NCBI GenBank assembly: GCA_036264355.1
Contig: DATARD010000047.1
Location: 2,763 to 66,762 of the forward strand
DNA length: 64,000 nucleotides
Source of the DNA: Thermoanaerobaculia bacterium
GTDB taxonomy: Bacteria > Acidobacteriota > Thermoanaerobaculia > Multivoradales > UBA5704
Direction of reading: 5' to 3'
Shown one piece after another: positions 16,576 through 25,332 of the stretch. A program made the translations under genes and the position numbers. Position 1 is the first letter of the stretch. Every line of letters begins with the position of its first letter. Below the pieces are notes generated by a model. That model was given only the letters and a program-made list of their open reading frames with translations, was not told the origin of the DNA and made no database searches.

Positions 16576-18432
16576 TCAAGAGAGCGGCGCCACCGGCTCG
16601 CGCAGATCCTGGAACTGGTGTTGACAAAGCCGGGCGTAGAGGCCGTCCTGGGCCATGAGCTCCTCGTGGCGGCCGAGCTCGACGATGCGGCCGCGGTCGA
16701 GGATGGCGATGCGGTGGGCGATGCGGACCGTGCTCAGCCGGTGGGCGACGACGATCGCGGTGCGGCCGGCCAGCAGCCGCTCGAGGGCCTCCTGCACCAG
16801 GTGCTCGCTCTCGCTGTCGAGGGCGGAGGTGGCCTCGTCCAGAAGCAGCATGCGCGGGTCCTTGAGCAGGGCGCGGGCGATCGCCAGGCGCTGGCGCTGG
16901 CCGCCGCTCAGCTTGGTGGCCCGCTCGCCGACCACCGTGTCGTAGCCCTCCGGCAGCTCGGTGATGAAGGCGTGGGCGTTGGCCGCCCGGGCCGCCGCGA
17001 TCATCTCCTCTTCGCTCGCCTCGAGCCGGCCGTAGAGGATGTTCTCGCGCACCGTGCCGCCGAAGAGATGCGTTTCCTGGGGCACGAGGGCGATCTGCCG
17101 CCGCAGGCTCGCGAGGCTCACCGTGCGGAGGTCGACGCCGTCGATCAGCACCCGGCCCGCGGTGGGATCGTAGAAGCGCGGCACCAGGTTGACCAGGGTG
17201 GTCTTGCCGGCCCCGCTGGGGCCCACCACGGCGAGGATCTCGCCCGGCTCGATCTCCAGGGAGACCTCGGCCAGCACCGGCGCCATCGTGACGCCGGGGG
17301 CCGGGGCGGCATAGGCGAAGCTCACCCGCTCGAAGGTCAGGCGGCCGGCCATGAGGGGCAGGTCGGGGGCGCCGGGCAGCTCGACCACGTCGGTCCGGGT
17401 ATCGAGCAGCTCGAGCAGCCGCAGCGACGAGCCCACTGCCTGCTGCAGCCGGCTCCACAGCCCGCCGAACCAGTTGATGGCGCCGCCCATCATCGAAGTG
17501 AGGATGATGAAGGTCACGAGCTGCCCCGGGCTGAGCTTGCCCGCCAGCACCTGCTTGCCGCCGAACCAGATGATCAGCACCGTGCAGGTGAAAAACATCG
17601 CCGAGAGGAGCGGCCCGAAGGTCACCTCCAGGTACAGCCGGCGGAGCGCGAGGGTGAAGAGCTGGTGCAGCCGCGCCTTGAAGCGCCCGGCCTCGTACTC
17701 CTCGCGGACGAAGGAGCGCACGATGCGGATGCCGCTCAACGACTCCTCCAGCACCGTGGTCACGTCGGCGACCACGTCGGTCAGGTCCTGGGACAGTTTG
17801 CGCAGGGACCGGCCGAGGATCACCGAGGTGATCGACACGGTGGGCACCAGCAGCACCATCAGGAGGGTCAGGCGCCATTCGAGATAGAGGATCACCACCA
17901 GCGAGCCGAAAAAGGTGAACACCTGCTGCAGCAGCCCGGCGACGTCGGCGGTGAACACGCTGCGGATGTTCGTGACGTCGTTCATCACCCGCGACACCAG
18001 CTCGCCGGTGCGGCGCTGGCTGAAGAACGACAGCGACTGGGTCTGCAGGTGCTCGTAGAGCTCCTGGCGCAGGTCGATGGTCAGGCGCACGCCGACGAAG
18101 CTCAGGAGGTAGCCCACCAGCAGTGAGGTGCCGCTCTGCAGGAGGTAGATGGCGATGAGGGCGAGGGTCACCCGGGTCAGCAGGCTGGGATCGCCGCCGG
18201 GCACGATGGAGTCGACCAGGAAGCTCCAGGCGAGGGGGCCGGCCAGGCTCAGGGCGCCCCCGACGAGCACCCCCAGGAGGGCCAGGAGCAGCCGCCGGCG
18301 GTAGGGCCGGACAAAGACGAACAGCCGCCTCAGGGGCGCGAGACTGCTCGCCATGCGCCCCCCGCGCAGGTTGGCGAGGAGGGTCATGAGGCCGCCGATG
18401 GTGGGTTGCGCGCTATCCAGGGGTGTGGCCAT
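16576..18432 (-). CDS. ABC exporter with fused transmembrane and ATP-binding domains (MsbA/type-I exporter family).
   Basis: Six-TM N-terminal half, then Walker A GPSGAGKTT, signature LSGGQRQRLAIARALL and Walker B LLLDEATSALD. It lies directly upstream of, and on the same strand as, the SnoaL/DyP cluster. Confidence 0.85.
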   Translation of the reverse strand: MATPLDSAQPTIGGLMTLLANLRGGRMASSLAPLRRLFVFVRPYRRRLLLALLGVLVGGALSLAGPLAWSFLVDSIVPGGDPSLLTRVTLALIAIYLLQSGTSLLVGYLLSFVGVRLTIDLRQELYEHLQTQSLSFFSQRRTGELVSRVMNDVTNIRSVFTADVAGLLQQVFTFFGSLVVILYLEWRLTLLMVLLVPTVSITSVILGRSLRKLSQDLTDVVADVTTVLEESLSGIRIVRSFVREEYEAGRFKARLHQLFTLALRRLYLEVTFGPLLSAMFFTCTVLIIWFGGKQVLAGKLSPGQLVTFIILTSMMGGAINWFGGLWSRLQQAVGSSLRLLELLDTRTDVVELPGAPDLPLMAGRLTFERVSFAYAAPAPGVTMAPVLAEVSLEIEPGEILAVVGPSGAGKTTLVNLVPRFYDPTAGRVLIDGVDLRTVSLASLRRQIALVPQETHLFGGTVRENILYGRLEASEEEMIAAARAANAHAFITELPEGYDTVVGERATKLSGGQRQRLAIARALLKDPRMLLLDEATSALDSESEHLVQEALERLLAGRTAIVVAHRLSTVRIAHRIAILDRGRIVELGRHEELMAQDGLYARLCQHQFQDLREPVAPLS

Positions 18433-18526
18433 CGACGTCTTCTGCCCGAACCTTGAACCGATGTAAAACGGTCGGAGTCTACATCAGAGAGTCCCGAGAG
18501 GGTAGAGCCGACGGCGGCGGGCTCCG

Positions 18527-18751
18527 TCAAAGCGGACGGCGCACTTGTTTCTTCTCCCACTCCTGGCGATGCTGGTTGGCCTCCGCCAACGAGCGGAACT
18601 TGCGGACGCCGGGCTCGAACCTCCAGGGGTGGAGCGCGAAGCTCAGCTCGGTCAGCTCACACGCGATGCGGAGGTTGTCCGGATCGAGCGGCCGAAGCGG
18701 CCGGACTCCGGGCATGTCCGTCACCGAGCGGTACTTGCGGATCGGCATCAT
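18527..18751 (-). CDS. Small hypothetical protein (74 aa), overlapping the upstream nucleotidyltransferase gene by 4 nt.
   Basis: An ATGA overlap with the 18748..19224 gene suggests a two-gene module. There is no recognisable HEPN Rx4-6H motif. It may be a TA/Abi partner. Confidence 0.35.
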   Translation of the reverse strand: MMPIRKYRSVTDMPGVRPLRPLDPDNLRIACELTELSFALHPWRFEPGVRKFRSLAEANQHRQEWEKKQVRRPL

Positions 18752-19224
18752 TCGTCTCCCAGATCGAAGGCTTCACGAATCCGGGCGGCATCGGCGCGGT
18801 CTTGTGGTCGCACCGTGTCTTTCTTCATACGGTAGAGCATCTTTGGATTGGCGACCTGGACGAGCAGATCTCCCAACTCGATCTCGTCGCAATTGGTGGC
18901 GAGATCCTGCCACGTAAAGGCCTCTCCGAGCCGGGTGAGGATGTCCATCGAGTAGTGGCCGTGCGGAGGGGTATATTCCACGGCCGGATAGTCTCCGGCC
19001 AACTCCCCGGGATCGATCTGATCGACGTTCGGGTCGTTGAACAGGCCGCGGAGCGCCCGCTTGAGGGCCTCCAGATTCTCGATCTTCGGGGAGACGAACA
19101 GGTCGAGGTCGTGGGTCGCGCGGGGAAGACCTTGGGCTGCCATTGCCATCGAGCCGATGACCACGAAGTCAACGTGCTCGCGCACGAGCGCGGCGAGAAT
19201 CGCCTTGGCCTCCTCCAAAGTCAC
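18748..19224 (-). CDS. Minimal nucleotidyltransferase-fold protein (Pol-beta superfamily, MNT/AbiEii-like).
   Basis: The GS...hDhDLhV motif (VIGSMAMAAQGLPRATHDLDLFV) marks it as a Pol-beta-type NTase. Its 158 aa length and coupling to a small downstream ORF are typical of toxin-antitoxin or abortive-infection modules. Confidence 0.55.
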   Translation of the reverse strand: MTLEEAKAILAALVREHVDFVVIGSMAMAAQGLPRATHDLDLFVSPKIENLEALKRALRGLFNDPNVDQIDPGELAGDYPAVEYTPPHGHYSMDILTRLGEAFTWQDLATNCDEIELGDLLVQVANPKMLYRMKKDTVRPQDRADAARIREAFDLGDE

Positions 19225-19278
19225 GCTTGCACTCTATCATCCTATCATCCGGGCCGGCTGTAAGCCCCGACGCGCGGA

Positions 19279-22095
19279 GTGCTAGACTCTCCGTATTCCA
19301 TGACGAACGGAATCCTCGCCCTCCTCCAGACGGCGCAAGCGACACCGGCGGCGACCCCCTCCGGCATCTGGGCGAGCAATGGGGACAAGATCATCGTCGC
19401 CGTTGTCACCACCGTTATCACCACCGTCGTAGTCCTTATCCTGTCCGAGTCCATCAAGGCACTGCTGAAAAAGATCGGGAGCTGGATCGAGACCGCTTTC
19501 GCCGGTCTCGGCTGGCGTTTCCGCAAGCGCTACCTGGCGGCGCTGGCCGACGGCCACCGCTGGCTCAAGCTGATCGGCGTCTACAGCTCGACGAATCTCC
19601 ATGCGCCGCGATTGCAGGAGGTATACGTCTCTCTCCGCCTGGCTGCTGCCAAGGGGGATGACGGACCGCGCTTCGCCTGGAACGACGTCTTGGCGCCGGA
19701 GGAGAAGCGGCTGGTGATCCTGGGTAGCCCTGGTGCCGGCAAGTCGACGCTTCTCGATTATCTGGTGCTCGTTTTCACCGGCGCCGTGCGGCATCCGCTG
19801 CGCGAGCGGTTGGGCGGCCCGTTCCCCCTGATCGCCCGTCTCCGCGAGTTGGGGAGCGAAGGGGCGGAGTCGCTGACCGCCTTGCTGGCGAAGACCGCGC
19901 CTCTCAAGCAGATCCCGGCCGGCTATCCGGAACGGTGGCTGAAGCGCGGCGGCTGCATCGTCCTCCTCGACGGCCTCGACGAGGTGTTGGACGAATCGCG
20001 CCACGTCCGGGCCGTCCGGGAGATCGAGAGCCTGGTCGGCGACTATCCGGAGAACGTCTACGTGGTGACCTGCCGGGTGGCCGGCTGGCGCAATCAGCTC
20101 CCGGGGTTCCGCACCTGGGAGATCCAACCGTTCACCGGAGACGACATCCGCAAGTTCCTCGGCGTCTGGTACCGCGAGGTGCTGCGCACGCAGGCGGTCA
20201 ATCTCCTGGGTGTCTCGCCGAAACTGGACCAGATGCAGGAGGCAGAGCGGACCGCGTTTGAAGAAGCCGGCCGGCGTGTGGAGGCTCTGTGGCAGTCGCT
20301 CTCCGGCAACGAGGGCCTGCTGCGGATCGCTTCGACGCCGCTCCTCCTGTCGCTGATGGCCTTCGTCCACTATCACAAGGTCGACCTTCCCAAGGGGCGA
20401 GCCCGGCTGTACGGGGATTGCGTGGAGATTCTTCTCGATCTCTGGGACCGGAAGGACAAGCGGCTGGAGCTTCCCGAGGTCACGCTCAAAGAGAAGAGGA
20501 TGGTGCTCGAAGCCATCGCCTTCCACTATCTGAAGGAGGATCTTCTAGAAGCGGACCTGCCGATGCTCGCCGGGCTGGTCCAGCCTGTCCTCCCAAAGAT
20601 CAAAGTCCAGATCACGGCGGAGAACCTGCTCCAGCAGATCTGGAAGCGCTCCGGCATCCTGCAGGAGCAGCGCCTTGGTTTCTACGGCTTCGCCCACCGC
20701 GCGCTGCACGACTACCTGGCCGCCGCTTGCGTGGTGGAGCACGAGCGCGACGCGCTGCTTCTGGAACGGGCCGGCGAGGAGCGCTGGCGGGAGGTGATCC
20801 TGATCGCCGCCGGCCTCGCCCCCGCGGGCCGTGCGGCGCGGCTGGTGGAGTCCCTCCTCGCCCGCGGTGGCGAGTCCGGAGCGGAACTGGAGATGGCGGG
20901 CCTGACCCTCGCCGAAGACGTTCAGCTCGGCGACGATCTGCGGGCCGAGGTGAAGAAGCGGCTGCTCGACCGGCTCACGAAGGAAGAGGCCGCGGGGCCG
21001 TTCCGGCGGTTGGCCAGCGCGCTGGTGACCGCGGATCTGGAGGCGGCGCGACAGTGGATGGAGGATGTGCTGCGCGGGCGCGATCCGGAGCGGCAGAAGC
21101 GGGTTCTGGCGCTTTTGCCGGAGCTGGGCGAGACGCAGTCCAAGCCGATGGCGTCTCTGCTTGTGCGGCTGATTGGGGAGGAGACAGGCGAAGCAGGGAT
21201 CAGAGCTCAAGCGGCACAGGTTTTGGCGGGCATCCGATTTTCGCCCGATGCCGAGACTTGGCGGGTACTGGAGTCGGCGCAGCAGGGGGCACCGGCTCTG
21301 AGGAGGGCTGCCGCGTGGGCCTGGTGCGAGCTCGGGCGGGCGGTGGATTTCGGTTTGGTCAAGGTGCCAGCCGGAGAGTTCTTGATGGGCAGTAGGGAAG
21401 GAGATGTCCATTCGGAGGAGAAGCCGCAGCACCCCCTCTATCTGCCGGACTTCTATATTGGGAAAGCTCCGGTGACGGTTGAGGCGTTCCGCAATTTTCT
21501 CAGGCAGAGCGGGCACCCGCTGGAAGATCAGGCGGACTTCGACCGGTGGAACAAGCACACCGATCACCCTGTCGTCGGAGTGAGCTGGCACGATGCTTTG
21601 GCGTTCGCCGGCTGGCAGGGCTACGTCTTGCCGAGCGAGGCGGAGTGGGAAAAGGCGGCGCGGGGAACCGACGGCCGGCAGTACCCTTGGGGCAACGAGT
21701 GGAAGGCTGAATGCGCGAATACTTCTGAATACTGGGGTACAGAAGGCGGGAGGCGGCTTCCTTGGGCGGCCCTGTTACCGCGGAAAGGCCATTCGACGAC
21801 GACGCCTGTTGGAAGATTCTCGCCGCAAGGGGATTCTCCTTACAACTGCGTGGACATGGCGGGGAACGTGTGGGAGTTGACGCGGAGCTGTTTTTCCACC
21901 TACCCATACGATTCCTTGGACGGCCGTGAAGATCTGGAAGCATCGGCGCAAGCCGCCCGTGTGATACGCGGCGGCGCGTTCGCCTACACATCGAGGTACG
22001 TCCGTTGTGCCTTCCGGTACGTGTCCAGCCAGGACGGCGGGAACGTCTTCGTAGGATTCCGGGTTGTGTTGTACCCATTCCGCTCTGATATCTGA
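19279..22095 (+). CDS. Membrane-anchored STAND NTPase with an N-terminal TM helix, a NACHT domain, HEAT-like repeats and a C-terminal FGE-sulfatase (SUMF1/EgtB-like) domain.
   Basis: TM segment IIVAVVTTVITTVVVLIL, Walker A GSPGAGKST, Walker B CIVLLDGLDEV and the NACHT-typical TCRVAGW motif. HEAT/ARM-like helical repeats follow (residues ~550-680). The C-terminal ~250 aa (VKVPAGEFLMGS...HPVVGVSWHDALAFAGW...RVIRGGAF) match the formylglycine-generating-enzyme fold. The start could alternatively be the ATG for MTNGIL about 21 nt downstream. Confidence 0.8.
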   Translation: MLDSPYSMTNGILALLQTAQATPAATPSGIWASNGDKIIVAVVTTVITTVVVLILSESIKALLKKIGSWIETAFAGLGWRFRKRYLAALADGHRWLKLIGVYSSTNLHAPRLQEVYVSLRLAAAKGDDGPRFAWNDVLAPEEKRLVILGSPGAGKSTLLDYLVLVFTGAVRHPLRERLGGPFPLIARLRELGSEGAESLTALLAKTAPLKQIPAGYPERWLKRGGCIVLLDGLDEVLDESRHVRAVREIESLVGDYPENVYVVTCRVAGWRNQLPGFRTWEIQPFTGDDIRKFLGVWYREVLRTQAVNLLGVSPKLDQMQEAERTAFEEAGRRVEALWQSLSGNEGLLRIASTPLLLSLMAFVHYHKVDLPKGRARLYGDCVEILLDLWDRKDKRLELPEVTLKEKRMVLEAIAFHYLKEDLLEADLPMLAGLVQPVLPKIKVQITAENLLQQIWKRSGILQEQRLGFYGFAHRALHDYLAAACVVEHERDALLLERAGEERWREVILIAAGLAPAGRAARLVESLLARGGESGAELEMAGLTLAEDVQLGDDLRAEVKKRLLDRLTKEEAAGPFRRLASALVTADLEAARQWMEDVLRGRDPERQKRVLALLPELGETQSKPMASLLVRLIGEETGEAGIRAQAAQVLAGIRFSPDAETWRVLESAQQGAPALRRAAAWAWCELGRAVDFGLVKVPAGEFLMGSREGDVHSEEKPQHPLYLPDFYIGKAPVTVEAFRNFLRQSGHPLEDQADFDRWNKHTDHPVVGVSWHDALAFAGWQGYVLPSEAEWEKAARGTDGRQYPWGNEWKAECANTSEYWGTEGGRRLPWAALLPRKGHSTTTPVGRFSPQGDSPYNCVDMAGNVWELTRSCFSTYPYDSLDGREDLEASAQAARVIRGGAFAYTSRYVRCAFRYVSSQDGGNVFVGFRVVLYPFRSDI

Positions 22096-22213
22096 AACCT
22101 CGGTCTCTGAATCTGTGGGCCTCTGTTTCTTTTCTTGAAGAAGGGGGAGTCCAGGGGGGGCCCCCTCTGGAGGGTGCTGCGGCCACTCCGGCGCCTTGGG
22201 CCTCAAACCCGAC

Positions 22214-22418
22214 GGGCCAGAGAGTCTCTGGGCGGCCGAAAAGACTTGCCGAGCCGTCGAGAGAGTCGCTGGGCGGAGGAAATGCCTTCACGGACCATCG
22301 AGAGAGGCTCTGGACTGAGGAAATGCCTTCACGGACCGTCGAGAGACTCTCTCGGCCGAGGAAATGGTTTGACGAGCCGTCGAGAGAGTCTCTGGCCGCG
22401 GCAGTGACTCTCCCGACG
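22214..22418. repeat. Five imperfect tandem copies of a 41-bp unit, each with an inverted-repeat core (gagagWSTCTCTgg), followed by strong hairpins (e.g. cttcggcc-gttt-ggccgaag, about 22472-22491).
   Basis: The units are cgtcgagagagtcgctgggcggaggaaatgccttcacggac and variants. They lie in the 570-bp intergenic gap between the NACHT gene and the Uma2 gene. A GC hairpin right after the NACHT stop (about 22150-22175) looks like a terminator. Confidence 0.6.
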
Positions 22419-22666
22419 CGCTCGCCGGGCAACGATCGGGACGAGAAGAGGCTCTGGAGCGGCAAAGTGCGGCTTCGGCCGTTTGGCCGAAGAAGGGCGG
22501 CCACGCAGGGTGCCTTCGGCATCCTGCGGACCGCCCCTACGAGGGCAGGGCAAGGCGGGGACCTGCCGAGCCCTGAACCCCATGGTAGACTCATTCCGCG
22601 GGAAAGCGGACCCCGGTGGCTGGTTGGCGCCACTTCGTGGTGTCCGGAGGAGAAGGCAGGTATCCT

Positions 22667-23362
22667 ATGGCCGCATTACCGCTCCAGCACGAGATCGACT
22701 ATCCGGAATCCGACGGGAGGCCCTTGGGAGAGACCGACTGGCACCGCGAGGAGATCCTCGACTTGATCTATGCCCTGCAGGAGCGCTACCGGGATGCTCC
22801 TGACGTCTATGTCTCGGGTAACCTCTTTGTCTATTACGTCCAGGGGGACCCTTCGAAGTGCGTCTGCCCGGACGTCTTCCTTGTCCAGGGTGTTGCCAAG
22901 GAGAAGAGGCCGGTCTACAAGCTCTGGGAGGAGGGCAAGGGGCCGTCCCTGGTGATCGAGATGGCGTCGAAGACGACTTGGGAAGAGGATCTGGAGGCGA
23001 AGAAGACGAAGTATGCCCGCATCGGTGTGCTGGAGTACTTCCTGTTCGATCCTCTGGATCAGTACCTGCATCCGCGCCTGCAGGGATTTCGCATGGTGGG
23101 TGGACGCTACCTCTCGATTCCGGCAGCGGCCGACGGTTCGCTGGTCAGCCAGGTGACCGGTCTGAAGCTGTCGCTCGAAGGCATGAGACTGCGCTTGGTG
23201 GATCTGGCGAGCGGCGAGCCTCTGTTGTGGACCACCGAGGAAGCGGATGCCCGCAAAGCGGCCGAAGCAGCCCGGGAGGCCGCCGAAGCCAAAGCCCGAG
23301 CGGCGGAGGAAGAGATTCTCCGGCTGCGCCGTGCGCTCGGCGAGCGCCGTTCCACGAGTTGA
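22667..23362 (+). CDS. Uma2-family (DUF820/PD-(D/E)xK) putative endonuclease.
   Basis: Uma2 motifs: YPESDGRPLGETDWH, PDVFLVQGV, PSLVIEMASKTT, KYARIGVLEYFLFDP and GGRYLSIP. RBS GGAGGAG upstream of ATG 22667. The track start at 22616 is a likely over-extension. Confidence 0.75.
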   Translation: MAALPLQHEIDYPESDGRPLGETDWHREEILDLIYALQERYRDAPDVYVSGNLFVYYVQGDPSKCVCPDVFLVQGVAKEKRPVYKLWEEGKGPSLVIEMASKTTWEEDLEAKKTKYARIGVLEYFLFDPLDQYLHPRLQGFRMVGGRYLSIPAAADGSLVSQVTGLKLSLEGMRLRLVDLASGEPLLWTTEEADARKAAEAAREAAEAKARAAEEEILRLRRALGERRSTS

Positions 23363-23493
23363 CAGCCCCTCTCCCTCCTCCTATACTCGAAGGCCCGAGT
23401 TCTCAAAGACTTAAAGCCAGAACTCGAACCCCCCACGCTCGTGGGGCGACCGGGCGCGTGCGCCTGGAATCCATGCCAAGGAGGTAGTTTGTA

Positions 23494-25245
23494 ATGCCGG
23501 CGAGTAAAGAACAGGACCTGCCGACGTTGACGGCCGAGTCCGACGACGACGAGCAGCTCAGTGCGGAGGCTTACAAAAAGCTGCTCGATCTGTATGACGA
23601 CAGCATGCGCAATCTCACCGAGGGTGAGATCGTGCCCGGACGGGTGATCGGCATCACGGCGAACTCCGTCATCGTGGACGTGGGCTACAAGTCGGAGGGG
23701 CTGGTCCCCATCGACGAGTTCATGGACCGTGACGGATCACTGCAGGTCAAGGAAGGCGACGAAGTCGATGTCCTCCTCGAGAAGACCGAGGACCTCGAGG
23801 GACACGTCCTCCTCTCGTTCACCAAGGCTCAGCGCATGCGCCGCTGGACCGAGGTGGAGAAGGCATACAAGGACGGCCGCATCATCAAGGGGCGCGTCAC
23901 CGACCGGATCAAGGGCGGCCTGACGGTGGACGTCGGGTTGCGCGCCTTCCTGCCCGGTTCGCTGGTCGACATCAAGCCGGTGAAGAACCTCGAGTCGCTG
24001 CGTGGCCAGGAGTTGGAGTTCAAGGTCATCAGCCTCGACCGCCGGCGCAACAACATCGTCCTCTCCCGCAAGGCCGTGCTCGAAACCGAGCTGGTCAAGA
24101 AGAAGGCCGAGACGCTGAAGCGGCTGGAGGAGGGGGCCCGGCTCAAGGGCGTGGTCAAGAACATCACCGACTACGGCGTGTTCATCGACCTCGGCGGCAT
24201 CGACGGCCTGCTGCACATCACCGACATCTCCTGGGGCCGCGTCAATCATCCCTCCGAGCACTTCACGGTGGGCGACGAGGTCGAGGTGGTCGTGCTCAAG
24301 TTCGATCCCGAGACCGAGCGTGTCTCCCTGGGCTACAAGCAGAAGAGCGACGATCCCTGGACGCTGGTCGACAAGAAGTACCCCATCGGCTCGCGGGTCA
24401 AGGGCCGGGTGGTGTCGCTGGTCGACTACGGCGCGTTCGTCGAGATCGAGGAGGGCGTCGAGGGTCTCATCCACGTCAGCGAGATGTCGTGGACCAAGAA
24501 GGTCGTCAACCCCGCCAAGATCCTCGAAGTGGGCGACGAAGTGGAGGCGATCGTCTCCGAGCTGGACATGGACCAGCGCCGCATCTCCCTGTCGCTCCGC
24601 CAGACCGAGCGCAACCCGTGGGAAGAGCTGGAGGACACCCATCCCGAGGGGAGCATCATCGAAGGCAAGGTGCGCAACCTCACCGAGTTCGGCGCCTTTG
24701 TGGAGATCACGGACGGCATCGACGGCCTCATCCACGTCTCCGACATGAGCTGGACGAAGCGGGTCAAGCATCCCAGCGAGATCCTCAAGAAGGGCGATGT
24801 GGTGCGCGCCCGGATCACCAACATCGACGTCGAGAACCAGCGCGTCTCCCTGTCGATCAAGGAGTTCATGCCCAACGAGTGGCAGGACTTCGCCGACCAC
24901 CACCACGTCGGCGACGCCCTGGAAGGCCGCGTCGTCAACGTGACCGACTTCGGGCTGTTCATCGACATCTACAACGGTCTCGAGGGCCTCGCCCACATCA
25001 GCGAGATCGAGCTGGCGGCCGGCAGCAAGCTGGAAGACCACTACAAGGTCGGAGACTGGGTGCGCACCCGCATCCTGCGCATCGAGGAGGAGGAGAAGAA
25101 GGTCGGCCTCTCCATGCGTGGCGTCGGCCAGCCTTCCGAGGCGGAGCTCGCCGAGCTCCAGGCAGCCTACGAAGCGCGGATGGGCAGCATCGAGCCGCGG
25201 CCCAAGAAGCGCGACGCGCAGGACGAGACCGAAGAGCAGCAGTAG
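23494..25245 (+). CDS. rpsA: 30S ribosomal protein S1 (six S1 domains).
   Basis: RBS AGGAGG before the ATG. Repeated S1 (OB) domains carry G.V..i.d.G.FV.l motifs, and the C-terminus is acidic. Total length 583 aa. Confidence 0.9.
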   Translation: MPASKEQDLPTLTAESDDDEQLSAEAYKKLLDLYDDSMRNLTEGEIVPGRVIGITANSVIVDVGYKSEGLVPIDEFMDRDGSLQVKEGDEVDVLLEKTEDLEGHVLLSFTKAQRMRRWTEVEKAYKDGRIIKGRVTDRIKGGLTVDVGLRAFLPGSLVDIKPVKNLESLRGQELEFKVISLDRRRNNIVLSRKAVLETELVKKKAETLKRLEEGARLKGVVKNITDYGVFIDLGGIDGLLHITDISWGRVNHPSEHFTVGDEVEVVVLKFDPETERVSLGYKQKSDDPWTLVDKKYPIGSRVKGRVVSLVDYGAFVEIEEGVEGLIHVSEMSWTKKVVNPAKILEVGDEVEAIVSELDMDQRRISLSLRQTERNPWEELEDTHPEGSIIEGKVRNLTEFGAFVEITDGIDGLIHVSDMSWTKRVKHPSEILKKGDVVRARITNIDVENQRVSLSIKEFMPNEWQDFADHHHVGDALEGRVVNVTDFGLFIDIYNGLEGLAHISEIELAAGSKLEDHYKVGDWVRTRILRIEEEEKKVGLSMRGVGQPSEAELAELQAAYEARMGSIEPRPKKRDAQDETEEQQ

Positions 25246-25283
25246 ACGAAGACGGACCACAGGCCGTTGTCGACCTAGGGTCG

Positions 25284-25307
25284 GGCGGGCTCCGGGCGGA
25301 GCCCGCC
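25284..25307 (+). terminator. GC-rich hairpin (ggcgggctcc-gggc-ggagcccgcc) 40 nt after the rpsA stop. Candidate terminator or attenuator.
   Basis: Perfect 10-bp stem with a 4-nt loop. No U-tract follows, which is common in high-GC genomes. Confidence 0.4.
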
Positions 25308-25332
25308 TCTCCCGTTGAGAAAGGGGTGGGAG

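Noticed and set aside
16508-18126. ORFs 16508..17878 (-) and 16618..18126 (+)
   Set aside because: Alternate-frame and antisense shadows of the ABC exporter gene 16576..18432.
22135-22407. 90-aa ORF with PSRRESL repeats (and neighbouring small ORFs)
   Set aside because: A translation artefact of the 41-bp tandem DNA repeat. It lies in an intergenic, hairpin-rich region.
22214-22418. Possible CRISPR array (also considered for 38175..38403)
   Set aside because: The repeats are contiguous with no unique spacers, the units are imperfect, and no cas genes are nearby. They are better explained as REP/BIME-like tandem hairpin repeats.
19282-22633. Minus ORFs 19282..20526, 20545..21591, 21500..22633
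   Set aside because: Antisense to the NACHT-FGE gene. The last also runs through the tandem-repeat array. No protein-like features.
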